Shown here: one piece after another, positions 11,160-24,364 of the stretch
Layout of the letters: every line of letters begins with the position of its first letter
How positions within the stretch are numbered: position 1 is the first letter of the stretch
Source: Octopus sinensis
Taxonomy: Eukaryota
DNA length: 64,000 bases
Reading direction: 5' to 3'
NCBI RefSeq assembly: GCF_006345805.1
Contig: NC_042998.1
Location: 101,804,001 to 101,868,000 of the forward strand
Translations under genes and position numbers: made by a program
Notes under the pieces: generated by a model
What the model was told of the DNA's origin: nothing
The model's input: only the letters and a program-made list of their open reading frames with translations
Databases searched by the model: none

Positions 11160-12735
11160 GGCTTCTTTCTCAGTAGTGGTGTCGCGTCATAAACACGTAG
11201 AAATGAACGACACCGTTCTCAGGGATTTTGAGGCGGTTTCAGAAGCGATAATTACCCAGGAAAAATCATTGGGATGTAGTTCAGCACCTGGAGAAACGAG
11301 TCCATGCCGTCGAACTGCATCGTTTGGTGGTGATCGGACGGACCGGTTAAATTGCTCGGCGTCTTGTTCGATCCCAACCACCAGATGGACAAAAAAAAAG
11401 GCGAAGTAACGAGCAGAGTGACTACTTTCATCCAGAAATAGGTCGTCAGAGAGGTATCCCTGAAAGGTCGGGCAGAGGTGGCTAACACGTATATGGCGTC
11501 CGTCATCTAGTATCGCTTGACCGTCGTGCCTTGTCCGGACAATGTCTTAATACGCTGGAGCTTCTTGTGAAAGGAACGCGTCCCGATGTTCAGGCAGTGT
11601 ATCTGCTGTCAACATTCGCTGCATGGTAGCCTGGGTATTCTGTGGTTAATGATATATGCAAACATGTGCTGACGCTACATCTCCAGTGCTTTCTTGTCGG
11701 TGAACAGGTGTGGTCTCCGTTCACCAAACACGTATTTCTGCAGCTGGTTTCTTTAACGGAGTTGCGGTACTGGGTAAATCAAAGGCATAGGAGGAGCATT
11801 TGGAAAATGGAATATCTTCAAGCGCTCACATCCCCACCAACCAATCGGACACTGCGATGGGTGGAACAACGACTTTGGCTTTTTATAGAGGATTAGTGGA
11901 GGGAAAGAGCGACGACGTTCTGGGGGAGACCGTAGGCGTCGAAGATCAGCTAGCCGCTCTTTTCCGGATTGCTTTCGAACCGGGACCGATGAATTATTTC
12001 CAAAAATCTCTGGCCTGGCAGTGCTACCGGCGAGCTTTGCTTGTTTGAGATAAGCTTTATAGGCACGAAAGTGCTGACAGCCGTGCATATCCGAGATGCG
12101 CGCTGGACGACGAAAGAGTCATGCATGTACTCGTCCAGTGTTCGTGTATTGTTGACCAGTTGGTTTATGTTGAACACCTGCTATCGCAGGCAAAGGCTAA
12201 CTGGGAAGGAAAGGCTGTGTTTATATGGCTGGTGGCCATGACGAAGAGGTTGCATGGTGGACGAAATTGAAGGGGCTGCAGACAAACACTTTCTCTTTGG
12301 CCAACACTAATCAACTTCTTCAAGTTTCACTTGAATAGGAAAATATGTATAGAGAAGGAAGTGTTGCCTTCTAGCCAGTTTCCTGAAAGGTGAATGAAAG
12401 TGGCAAGAATGATGTGATCGAACATGTCTGCCCTGGGCATACGCCTGTAATTCTAAAAAAAGAAAGGAAAAAGGTACCTGCCCAAAATGTCATGGTACCC
12501 ATAGTTTTTATAATTTATTTTTCCATGAGCAGCGCTCGAAGGTCTCCTCCCTATTCAAGAGTACACATTATTGATTGTTTTTTTCTAATATTGTTAATGT
12601 TTTTTTACGCGCAAAACCCTCACAACAACACACACATACATACATAATATGCACTCTCTTTTCTTTTGTCCTGTACTGTCCACAATGTTTTTCTTAATGT
12701 AAACCCTTGTGGTTAATAAAGAAATCAATATTATT
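11160..12735 (+). mobile_element. Tx1/L1-clade LINE, 5'-truncated ORF2 C-terminal half plus 3' UTR, decayed
   Basis: YFQKSLAWQCYRRALLV and FFKFHLNRKI segments are homologous to 3642-4495. AATAAA near 12716 at the 3' end. Confidence 0.75.
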
Positions 12736-12739
12736 ATTT

Positions 12740-14189
12740 TAGCTTGTCATAGGTTCTGTCTTATTCCTGGTAGAGATTATGTACATAACGGATTACTACT
12801 TGTAATCTTAGGTATCTACACGTTTTCAGCAGTACTTCAAGTGCCGAGTACCCTCTTACTAATCCTTGCTTCCCCTAAGAGACAAACCTTCTCTGGGAAC
12901 TCTACCGGGCATTCTATTTCACTCTGCCTCACCCATTAGTCTATATCTTGGCGTACAGTTCCCAGCGCACCAACTGTTACAGGCATGACCTTTACTGTCC
13001 GCATGCTCCAAATTCTTCCTACTTAAAATTTTAGGGGATTGTTTTTCTTCCTCTTTCTTTACAATTCTGGTATCAGATGTGCATGATGGGTCGATATGTA
13101 AGCAACTTCACTTTTCCATATCTATAACTATAATATCTGGTCTATTGTTTTCTAACTTCTTGTCCGTTTAAATTGGAAAGTTCCACAAAATCTTATATTT
13201 CACCGACTTTAGTACTCTTTCGGCTCGATAATTGTACCATTTTTTTTCCAGTGCCAAAACATTTACATTCTGGTTCTGTTTCCATTTCGTATATTCTTCC
13301 TGTTCCAACTTAGGGCATTCTTCCACAATGTGTGACATTGCCTCGTTCCAAGTCCCACAGGCTCTACTTTTTTCATACACATTCTCACCATGAATATTTT
13401 TTCTCAAGTTATCTGTTTTTATCGCTTGATCTTGGGCTACTACAGTTAGGTTCTCTGTTCCTTTTTTATTTGCTCCTTTTTTTAACCAAGCCCAGGATTT
13501 TGTTCCACATACGTCTTCAGTGGCTCCCGAAAATTGGCCATACAGAGGTTTCTCTTCGATGTGTCTGATGTGCTCTCTTTGTATTTCATTCTTGACATTT
13601 TTTCCTATTACGCTCTTCATTACCTGTTCCCTCTTAACTAACTTCAGTAGTTTTTCTGTGCTGCTCAGAAAATATTCTACAAGACATTTTCTTTCCATCT
13701 GTACACATTCTTCTACTGCTATTATGCCTGTTCCATCCTGGTCTCTCCTCAAATACAGCCGGTTGATATCAGCTTTCGTGTGGTGGGCGCCATACATCGT
13801 CAACTACTTCCTAGTTTTTTCTGTCAAGTTCCTTTGTTTCATTTCTGGTCCAGTGTATTATTCCAACTCCGTATTTGATTAAGGGTACTCCTCTTGAATT
13901 TATTGCTTCAATGAAATTTTTAGAATTCAGCTTTGACTGCAAAAGTTTTCTGACTCTCCTAGTGGTAATTTGTTTCATTTTTATCTAATATGCTTCCAAG
14001 TAATTATACCAATGTCCTTTCTTAACCGCTCTCATTGTTTGCCCATTTGGCATTACAATTCCCTGGCTTTCTTCAAATCTCCCTTGTTTCATTTTTAATA
14101 TAGTGCACTGTTCTATTCCAAATTCCATACCTACGTCATTTGAGAAAATGCGGAATGTAGGTACAAATGTTTTAATAAGTCTTGAAAGT
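12740..14189 (-). mobile_element. R4/Dong-type LINE fragment (late RT, post-RT region, zinc knuckle, RLE)
   Basis: ORFs 13985-14266 (GMEFGIEQC..YNYLE) and 13168-13803 (MYGAHHTKADINRLYLRRDQDGTG..LYGQF..AQDQAIKT..SHIVEECPKL..KILWNFPI). Truncated at (CAT)n 14190-14290. Confidence 0.9.
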
Positions 14190-14234
<45 letters not shown>

Positions 14235-14293
14235 GTCATCATCGTCATCCTCATCAACATCATCATTATTATTATTAATATTATTATTATTGA

Positions 14294-14841
14294 TTGAGAG
14301 AGAAGTGCATGCTATCTAAGTGACATTGGAGTACAAATATACAAATCTCAAGATACCCATTATAATTATCCATCTGATAAAAGTACACCAGGCACATGTG
14401 TCATAACCATATGCGCGTTACATGGAGATCTTGTATGAAGATATACTGTCCATAACCTAGCAGGTGGGACCCAGTTAAAATTTTCTTTAGGCTGAGTAGC
14501 TCGTCTCGCTGAAAAGGTTGCTGAAAAAAGGCTGTTTAAAGATGAGAAACGAAACAGTTGTTACCAGTGGTCGATTATTCAAACTCCAAGCAATACCTCT
14601 CAACACATGGCTACCATGCTCCCCAACAACTTCTCGTGATCAGAAATGCACATATCGTCAACCGCTAAGGAACATGCTCGGCTGATTAAAGTCAAGCAAC
14701 TGACAAGCAAATCCGTGGTACTGAACCGGATATTTGCTGTAACCCATATTTTACACCAAGGCAAATTATGTACATAACATTTTCAGTCAGTTAAGACCGG
14801 AATACATAAGAGCCACTGACTGATATTGCATCAGGACATTA
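14294..14841 (+). mobile_element. (TAA)n-associated dispersed repeat, near-complete copy
   Basis: Homologous to 3053-3521 and 44175-44620. Ends ..gcatcaggacatt like the copy ending at 35776. Confidence 0.85.
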
Positions 14842-15004
14842 TTGAATCAGGGTATAGATATTACAATTATTTTTGTTATTATGAAGTCGGGGTCGATAAA
14901 TGAAGTATCAGTGTGAAACACTGGGGTTGATGTAATTGACTAGTCCCCTCCCCCAAAATGGCTGCCCTCGAGGCAAAGTTTGAAACCATTATTATTATTA
15001 TGAA

Positions 15005-15213
15005 GTCGGCGAGCTGGCAGAATCGTTAGCAAGCTGGACGAAATGCTTAGCGGTATTTCGCCTGTCGCTACGTTATGAGTTCAAATACCACCGTGGTCGA
15101 CTTTACCTTTCATCCTTTTGGAGGATCAATAAATTAAGTACCAGTGAACACTGGAGTCAATGCAACCGACTAGTCCTCTCACGCCAAATATGAACCCTTG
15201 TGCCTCCAGTAGA
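15005..15213 (+). mobile_element. tRNA-derived SINE, family A (a partial 3' copy also at 14885-14990)
   Basis: A-box TGGCAGAATCG, B-box GAGTTCAAATAC, body GGTCGACTTTACCTTTCATCCTTT...AAGTACCAGT, (TAA/TTA)n tail. Same family at 17311, 30198, 42048 and 48015. Confidence 0.85.
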
Positions 15214-15251
15214 ATAATAATATTACTATTATTATTATATTATTATTATTA

Positions 15252-15297
<46 letters not shown>

Positions 15298-17310
15298 TTA
15301 ATTAAGACAACAAACTAGTAGAATGTTTGCATATCAGAGAAAATACTCTACAATATTTTCTAGCTCTTTATGTTCTGATTTTGAATTTTCACTGTGGCTA
15401 ACTTTGCATTTCATCCTTTCGTAGCTGATGAAATATGTACCAGTCATCTACTGGGGACAATGCTATAAAATTACTCCACTACAGTTGCTGATCCTGTGCC
15501 AATATTTGAAAGAATCATTGTTCTTATTTGCTTATTTATTTTGAAAATCATTAGGTTTTGGGAATCTTGTCTTACTCTATTTCTTCTGGTTTATAACACC
15601 CGGTGTTCAAATCACTTGACATTCCTTTTATCTTTCAAATATCCAAAGTGGATTCTTGTCCAAATATATTTTGCCTTGTATTTGTTTTGTTAATGTCAAA
15701 TCACTTCATTGCAGTATTGCTGTTAATAACCATATTTCTAAAGCTTGTACAAAACTTCTCAAATATATGGATTTGATAAACATGGAATTCTCTATTTTTA
15801 TGTAGTGACTAGTAATGGACTTATAAAAAGTTGTTGAGAGTATATCAATATCATATGTAGTTGTTCAGCTCTCAAATGCAACAGTTACTTTCCATACTAA
15901 CTATCATCACATTCATTTTTATCATCTATACACAGTTTTTCAACTTAAGAATCTTTACATATTTTTATAAATATATTCCTGTCTTATACTATTGAAGTTT
16001 CAAATAGGTGCCATAGCGAGTTATATTTTTATCTTTATTGAGGATATCTTGTAAGATGGATTCAGATTTCGATTGTTCTGTGTATATTGACAACTGTTTG
16101 CAAACGATGCTATATCTTTCACCTAAATCTTGTTGACATTTTACAGAACTCTAACTTCTACTTTGCAAATATGCCATGCTCTTGTTGCATTTTAATTTAT
16201 GCAGTGTAGGACATCTTAATGCATTCTGTTCTCTTGTTTTCTATATATTATTCAAAAAGCCTGTGTAGCAAGGATAATAATATCTCGACTGTTAACTACC
16301 AGTGTAATTACTTATTTTCTGGTGGTGCTGTTTAGTAAATTCTCATCAGCCATGATCTTGTAAATCTATCATCATAAAAAATCCAGCCGTGACCATTCCG
16401 AACCTTTTTTAGTAGAGTGTGTGCATAGCGCTACATTGTCTAATACATCCTATGATTAATCTGAAATGTAAGGGAAACCCAGCAGTATTTCCGGCAGATA
16501 GAATGACGCCGATTATGCTCATTCATGAGTATCCTGTTGTAGTTATCTTGAGTATTGCACTTCTAGTTATTGTGTTTGGTATATGTTGATATTTTTTATT
16601 ATTCACATATTTTCTATGCTGCAGATGTAAATAAAATTTCATAATAATGATCCCAAGAATTAGGTTTGAATTTTCCTTTCATTTTAAAATTTGTCTGCTA
16701 CCATCTAGACCTCGTCAATATTTACAAAAGTATACATATATTGGCATATAATACACTTTCCATTCAAAAACCAAACTTTTTAAATGCAATAGTAAAGTAA
16801 TTTTCCCTTTAGTGTTATTAATAGATACTGGAAATTACTTTGAACTAAATGTCACGAATTATTTTCCCCAATTACATTCCATTTGCAGTTTCGAACGGCG
16901 ATTATTTATAAGCTGAGTCGCAGCAAAACATAATGTATTTGGCTCCAAGTAAACAACTTACGTCATCCCAAAAATCAAAAAAAAAAGAAAAAGAAAAAAA
17001 TTAGGTTGATGAAATTTGAAGTGAAAAGTGACTTTTATTTATTACTCCCTATAATATCCTCATAATAACTAGTCTATGTAGAAAATTGTTTATCGTTTGT
17101 TTGAGACGAATCGTCATGTATTATTCAAAAGAACGTTCCATTCTTTCCTTTCAATAACTCAATTTGGGTTCTTCCCGTCATTGATTTTATTTTTATCTAC
17201 TGTTTCCTTATTTGCTTCAAACAAACCATGTTATAATTATTTTACTGCTTTCGGCTACTAAAATGTGTCCATACTAACCATCAGTTTAGATAATATATTT
17301 ACTAAATAAA

Positions 17311-17513
17311 GGCGCCGAGCTGACGGAACCGTTAACATGCGGGGCAAAATGCATAGCAGCATTTCATTCGTCTTTACGTTCTAAGTTCAAATTCTGCCAA
17401 TGTTGACTTTGCTTTTCAGTCGATGACATAAGTACCAGTTAAATACTGGGGCCGATGTAATCCACTTATCGCACTTCCTAAAATTAATAGCCTTCTCTCA
17501 AAATTTGAAACCA
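17311..17513 (+). mobile_element. tRNA-derived SINE family A copy
   Basis: Alignable to 15005-15213. Confidence 0.8.
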
Positions 17514-17929
17514 ATATATTTACTGAATAATTCGACTTCGTTTAATTGTCTAAAATGTGTTTCATTTACAGTATACATTTGGAAATTGCATCTTTAAAAC
17601 ACCGATGCATCATTATATTTGTTTAATTTAAAAAGAAAAGCAATATTTATGATCTTGAAGCGTTGGAATGTCATATCTAAGAATGTCAAATCTAAATAAA
17701 AAGTTTGAGTCTGACTATTGGCATTTCACGTCTGTCTGTTTGTCTGTTTGTCTGTATGTATGTATGTCTGTTATTCTGCCTGCCTGTCTGCCTGCCTGTC
17801 TGCCTGCTTGTCTGTCTGTCTACACGTATACACACAGACCTCTGTATCGTATTATAATATTTTTCGTTAGCCGAGTGTGGTAGAGGAGCTGTCTGCCATA
17901 CGAGTTCCTGAATCCATATCTAATACTAC

Positions 17930-20790
17930 TGTTATAGGGATAAAAGTAATAATGGAACAGCCCCTCCCTTGTGACAAGTCGCTACAAATACTGTAACGTA
18001 GGAAGACGAGGAAGTTTCAGTCGAGTAGTCGATAATATATTGTCGTGTCTTGACTAATTTTACCAGAGTGGGCTTCATTACAGTTCGACAGAAGATTACA
18101 ACAGTACCGACGAGGAATTAACGAACTCACGAGGATTAAACAAACTCACAAAATATTTTTGTGTGAATGTTACACTAAACAAAATCGTAAAATTATGGAA
18201 AAAAATTTGGCCGCTTTGCTCGAGTTGCAAAAAAGGGCAACAACAACAACTGCAAGAACAACAGCAGTAATAATTACTATTACGACTACAAATGCTACAA
18301 TTAATAAATTGTAAGTCGTCAAAAATGCTGAAAAAATGTTCTTGCCAGATAATGTTGCAAACTCAATAACAGAATTTAAATATGAACCAGAGGAAGGAGT
18401 TACCCTCGAGGCATACTATAGAAGATACGAACAGATCTTCAATAAACAGAGCAAACTAATTCTAAGGAAACTGGCAACAGGAGAACATGAATGATACAGC
18501 AATTACGTACTCCCGAAAAAATCTCCTGGCATAAACTTCAAAAATACAATAGACATCGTCTAAAATCTTTAGCGAATATACTCGTTGTTCAATACACACT
18601 GGAAATGTGTGAACCTAGAAAATAACAAGGAGGAGGGTTACATTACATATGTTGTTAAAAGAACGCGTAAAGTTCAAACTGGACGAATTAACGCTAGATA
18701 TATCCAAGTGCCTGATATTTACTCATGGACTTACTAGAGAAAAAGATGCAAAAGTATGAACAGGAATTCTCACTAAGCTGAAACAAAACCAAACTGTAAC
18801 CTTACAATAAGTGTAAGAAAAGTGTGAAAGAATAGTAAGTTTAAGAGACGACACAGAAAAAGATGAACATAAAGATTGCTCCCAAGTGAAACAAGTTCGA
18901 CAGAAAATGCGAAACAGGTAGAATAGAAACCAAGCGTGTATTAAAATACAGTACAAACAGGACAGAAATCAGGAATCAAACCCATATTTTGCATATGGAA
19001 GTCTATACCCGAGAAAAAACTACCCATTTAAGAAAGCAGAATGCTTCCGTTGAGGAAAAATTGGGAACGTAAAAGCGCTCTCTATGACCAAGATGACAAA
19101 ACGTTGAAACGAAGAAAAAGGAATAAACAAGATGATGCTGAAAGAAAATGGTAATGTGACAAAGAGAAAATTAGAAGTATATCGGTAAGCCAAAATTAAG
19201 TAATTCTACAAAAGTAGCACAGGATGTTACGGGTAAGAAATTGTATTTTGTTGGTGAATTTGTGTGTAATGTGAAATTTCGTGACCAAATGAAAAAGGCA
19301 AAAGTATATGTGTTAAAACATTCTGTAAATCCATTCGGCACAGACTGAAATACGCCCATAAGGGTTTTGTGTGTGAATATAGTCGGTTCAGTCGAAGGTT
19401 AGAATGCGGCTGAGGGACTAAAACGAAAATTAAAACATTCATTTCCAGATGTTTTTTTGGGATGAACTGGGCTGCTGCACAAAAATGAAGGCAAAAATTT
19501 TAGTAAAACAAAGTGAGACACCTGTACTTAAGGCAAAACGGAAAGTACCGTTCGCAACAGTAGAGCAGGTCAATAAGGAACTTGAAAGATTTGAAAGTCT
19601 AGGAATAATCGAGAAGTTGGTCCATTCAGATTGGGAAGCGCTACGGTCTAGATAAAAAAACGCCAAATAATAAGGTAAGTGTTTGTGCAGATTTTTCAAC
19701 AGGGTTCAATGATTGCTTAATCTCACATAACTAGCCACGTCTGAGTTCAGAGAAAGTGTTCGCAAAATTGAACGGACCAAAATTCTTTTCAAAATTATAC
19801 CCCACGGAGACATATCTAAAGAATGCTCACACCGTAGCTTGTTTAAATTTAAGCAGCTTTCCATGGGTGTAAAAGTGGCTCCTTTCATATTTCAGCAAGT
19901 AATAGATACAATGCAAGGTGACTGTGATTTTGCTATCGCCTACTTAGACGGTATCCTAATAAAAAGCGATTCGCACGAACAACATGTAGACCAAGTATAA
20001 AGGGTATTCGAAAATATAAGAGAGCACGGTTTAAAGTTAAGTGAAAGAAAATGCGAGTTCTTTTTGAAAAAAATAAACTAAATACTTGAGCCAGATAGTA
20101 GATAAAAATGGACGGAAACCAGACCCATGCAGGGCAACTACGATGAAAAATATGCTCACGCCGAATAAAGCGACTATGATACAAGCATGATTGGATTTAG
20201 TAAATTACTATCAAATTTACATTCCCAATATACACAATGTAAGGGCACCACTAAATGATTTGTTAAAGAAAAATGCAAAATGGTGCTCGACTGATAAGTG
20301 TCAAAAGGCATTAGACAAATTTAAAACATTTTAATATCGAACTTATCGTTAAAGCATTTTGATCCAAAGTAGGATGCTATATTGACTGCATATGCGAGCA
20401 ATCACGGTGTAGGAGCAGTGCACAAATATAACAATGAGGGTACAATGGCTTTAGCCTATGCATCACGATCGTTATTACCAACAGAAATGAACTACAACCA
20501 TATAGATAATGAAGTATATACGGTTAAAAAAAAGGAATACTAACACACTCAGCAAATAGAGTACAGCGATGGGACTCTACGTTATTGTATTATGATAATA
20601 AAATGGAATATTTACCGTTAAAAATGAAAGGCATGTGGATGGGTTGTCGAGATTGATACCGAAACAATGCGAGCCGTTCGAAGATACGGTAATCGCAACA
20701 TGAAGATCAGAAGGAGAAATAAAAAAAATGTAATGTGAAATGTTCTACGCGAATTATCGTTAAGCCTAGAAGACATAAAACGAAATGCTA
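17930..20790 (+). mobile_element. Ty3/gypsy LTR retrotransposon relic: 5' LTR, PBS, gag, protease, RT, RNase H; 3'-truncated
   Basis: Candidate LTR TGTT...AACA at 17930-18103, then PBS-like gtaccgacgagga. Gag YEPEEGVTLEAYYRRYEQIF..LILRKLATGEHE. Pol PVLKAKRKVPFA..ELERFESLGII, YLDGILI and D..YASNHGVGAV. Many stops and frameshifts. Confidence 0.85.
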
Positions 20791-21190
20791 CTGTAGTTTG
20801 TAGCCCCAGGAAGACACCTCCTCCAGCTGGCTATAGACACACTTTCTGTATATCAGTATTTGTGAAGGGAAGTCATCCTTCCCGTCTTCAACTTATGATA
20901 CACACGGACTCGAGTTTCAAGGCGTGTGACAATCACAGTTGTCGACGAGAAGTCAGTTCCCCTCACAAATACATATACTTTTTCCAGTATCGATTGACAC
21001 TGATATTGAAAAAGTGAAATCAAACAATGATAAATCTCAGAGCGAGTTATAAACAGTAGCGGCAACACATCGTAGTAGGGCACAGAAAGTGTGTCTATAG
21101 CCAGCTGGAGGAGGTGTCTTGCTGGGGCTACAAACTACAGTAGCATCCACCCTTAGGGGTTAGCCATATTCAAATGGCAAATATACGTCA

Positions 21191-21192
<2 letters not shown>
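20785..21192. mobile_element. Inverted-repeat element (65-bp arms, 64/65 identical) with nested hairpin; probably PLE terminal-repeat derived
   Basis: 20785-20849 is the reverse complement of 21082-21146 with one mismatch. Inner imperfect hairpin at 20856-20973. Arm and terminus are homologous to the 122-bp repeats at 48678 and 49036. Confidence 0.75.
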
Positions 21193-21452
<260 letters not shown>

Positions 21453-22214
21453 ATGAAAGTACAGTAGCCACTAAAAGATTTACGACTAACAAAACGCCAG
21501 ACCTAGTCAGCCGGAACCTCCGGTGACTAGGGTCACAGTGTGATACAAAATGGCAGGGCAACTACCAAGGAGCTGTAGAAATTAGTTGCGATGTCACTAG
21601 TGCTAAGCTGTATCTGCCTTTACCTTTCCCTTGGATAACATCAGTGGCATGTAGAGAGAAGGTTGGTATGTATGGGCGACTGCGAGTCTTCCATTGACTA
21701 CATTGCCCGTGCTTGTGCCTCGGAGGGTAATGTTCTAGGTGCAGTTCCATTGTCATTTATGACCGAGGTGGGGTCTTTACCATTTTTATCCCAGTTATAT
21801 GCGCTTAGCATATGTGCTGATCAACAGGTCCGTTCACGCTTTCATAAGAGTCCCGAGTTATGCTGGAATGTAGATAGTAATTAATTAAATTACAGATGCA
21901 GCGAGTCTATAGGTGTCGCTAGACTTGGGTCCTTATTAAGCAATATACAGTCAATAGAAAGCCTCATGTTCCGTGCAGCAGTTCCTTATGACGTTGTGCG
22001 TGTGTGTTGGTGTGAACACCCTCAAGGGAAACGGAATATAAGGACAGAAAAGGCAAACCACTATGTAGGACGATGAAAACAAAGCGTAGGTGGTGATGCA
22101 TCCACCAGTTGGAAGGCGGTATGTGGGAACCGAGATAAGTGCGGGCACAGGACCGTGGACAGATAGGTACCATAGGGTGTTATAATTCTTTGGAGTATCC
22201 AGATATTCATCAGG

Positions 22215-23670
22215 GATGACTTAGACATGCTGAACCACCTCCCGAAGACAATAAATGAAGGAACCCCGTTAGTATCATTCAATATGATGAACTTGTACAC
22301 CAATATCCCACACGATTATGGTATAGAAGCAATTACCTTCTGGCTAGAAAATTACGCAGAAGAGATCCTAGGACGCACCAACCATAGATTCATAATCGCA
22401 GCACTTAAATTCATCCTACTGAACAACTATTTCATGTTGCATACAGTTTACTATCGACAAAAATGTGGAATAGCAATGGGAACCCGACCTGCTTCAGTGA
22501 TTGCGAATCTTATAATGGGTTACCTAGAACATAAAATATACCAATCATCACTACTAAAATATGGCATTTTATTTCATTGCTAATTAAAGGAGAACTGGGA
22601 GAGGTATTCAGATGATTGACTTCTACTTTGAAAACATGGCATAGACAAACTCCTCAATTTCAAAATAATGTTCAACAATATCAATAGCAACATACAATTC
22701 ATCATGAAACGCAGCAACAAACAATTCCCTTTTATTGACATCCTAATTAAAATAGTCAACAACCACATCGAAACAGACATCTTCTATAAACCTACAGATT
22801 CAAAACAATACCTATTATTTAACTCATGCCGAACCAAACACATAAAAATTAATATACCTTATAATCTAGCGAAAATAATCTGTACCATAGTTTCAGACAC
22901 CAATACCCGTGAACGAAGACTCCCTGAATTCAGATCAATGTTAATCAAGAGACATTACCCAACATCATTAATAAATTATGAGATTAAACGAGCAAAGGAA
23001 ATATGCTTACGGACATTAAGGGAAGTTAACCGAAATACTACACCAGATTTTAAAATAGTCCCTTATATCTTCACACATAACCCTAGAAACAATGAAACCT
23101 TCAACATTATCATACAAAATCTATCCATTATCAGAGAAGATAAAATAATGAACAAAATTTTAGGCTCACACAGAATTATCAAGAGTAAAATGCAACCGAA
23201 ATCGTAGAAAAAATATTAACCAACGGAAGACTATATCCATTAACAACGGAACCAAAAGTGAAAAAATGCGTTTGGCCTAACTGTGGCAAATGCACCCCCA
23301 CCACCTTCTGGAGTTACACTTTAAACAAGGTGAAATATTTAAGATTAAATAAAATTTTACCCGTGCCTCGGAAAACCTAATGTATGCCATTACCTGCCTA
23401 GAGTGCGGTAATCAATGTATTGGACAAACAGGATTATCACTCCGTCGAAGAACCACTCTACACCAAGAACAAATCCGCCACTCACAATACAGACAGATAC
23501 AGGTCAGTGAACACATAGAAAAGTGTGCTAGGAACCTTAATACTAACTTTCTAATATTCCCCTTCTATCAATGTTCACAGAACACCTCAACACAGCAAAA
23601 AATGAAAAAAGAGGCAACTTTCATCAGTAGCTTCCCTCCACAACTTAACATGAACACATAACATAATAAA
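22215..23670 (+). mobile_element. Penelope-like element (RT plus C-terminal GIY-YIG endonuclease), 5'-truncated and frameshifted
   Basis: SFNMMNLYTNIPH, GIAMGT..ANLIMGYLE, RYSDD, FYKPTDSKQYLLFNSC..NIPYNLAK, and MYAITCLECGNQCIGQTGLSLRRRTTLH (GIY-YIG). Confidence 0.92.
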
Positions 23671-23719
23671 GAATACTACTTAACTTACCAATAATGCCAC
23701 TAACCCCCAGACATCCTAT

Positions 23720-23925
23720 ACACAATTCATATTACAGTATTCTATCTACCCTAACTACACCACATCCAGAACTACTTACCTCTCTTAAACATAAACTTTT
23801 CACCCAGGGACTAGTAGATCAAACACAATTAATATTACAGTATTCTATCTACCCTAACTACACCACAGCCATATCTACTTACCTCCCTTATACATAATCT
23901 TTTTACTCAGGAACTAGTAGATCAA
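23720..23925. repeat. 103-bp tandem duplication at the PLE 3' end
   Basis: The unit acacaatt..attacagtattctatctaccctaactacaccaca..ctagtagatcaa occurs twice. Confidence 0.85.
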
Positions 23926-24104
23926 TCACTGTTTGGTAATCGGTGCGCAGTCAAAACCAGTGAACAGTAATTGAAGAAAAAGGTATGACTTTGAATCCCT
24001 TTAATAATTAATAATAACGAATTTTTTTTCCTCTTAATTCTACCACAGTTCATCTAATTGTATGTATTTATCGTTACTTTTCATAAAAAAGCCTCTATTC
24101 TTTT

Positions 24105-24190
24105 CATATCCAAGTGCCACGTAGTGGGACAGAGCATGGGACCATGTGGTTGGGAAGCAAGATTCTTATCACACAACCACACCTGCGCCT
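24105..24190 (-). mobile_element. tRNA-derived SINE family B, head fragment (another at 24895-24982, minus)
   Basis: Reverse complement matches the head of the full copy at 60706-61105 (AACCACATGGTTCC..GTCCCACT..GTGG). Confidence 0.75.
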
Positions 24191-24278
24191 ATACATTCAT
24201 ACATACGTACGTACATACATACATACATGCATATATATATATATACATACATGCATATATATATATATATATATATAC

Positions 24279-24364
<86 letters not shown>

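Noticed and set aside
15500-16300. Very old LINE remnants (also possible at 1480-1950, 21600-22200, 36500-37100, 52080-52270)
   Set aside because: Only faint motif echoes, such as a CR1-like VGVHGCLFTWV at ~52150 minus. Boundaries and clade cannot be supported by eye.
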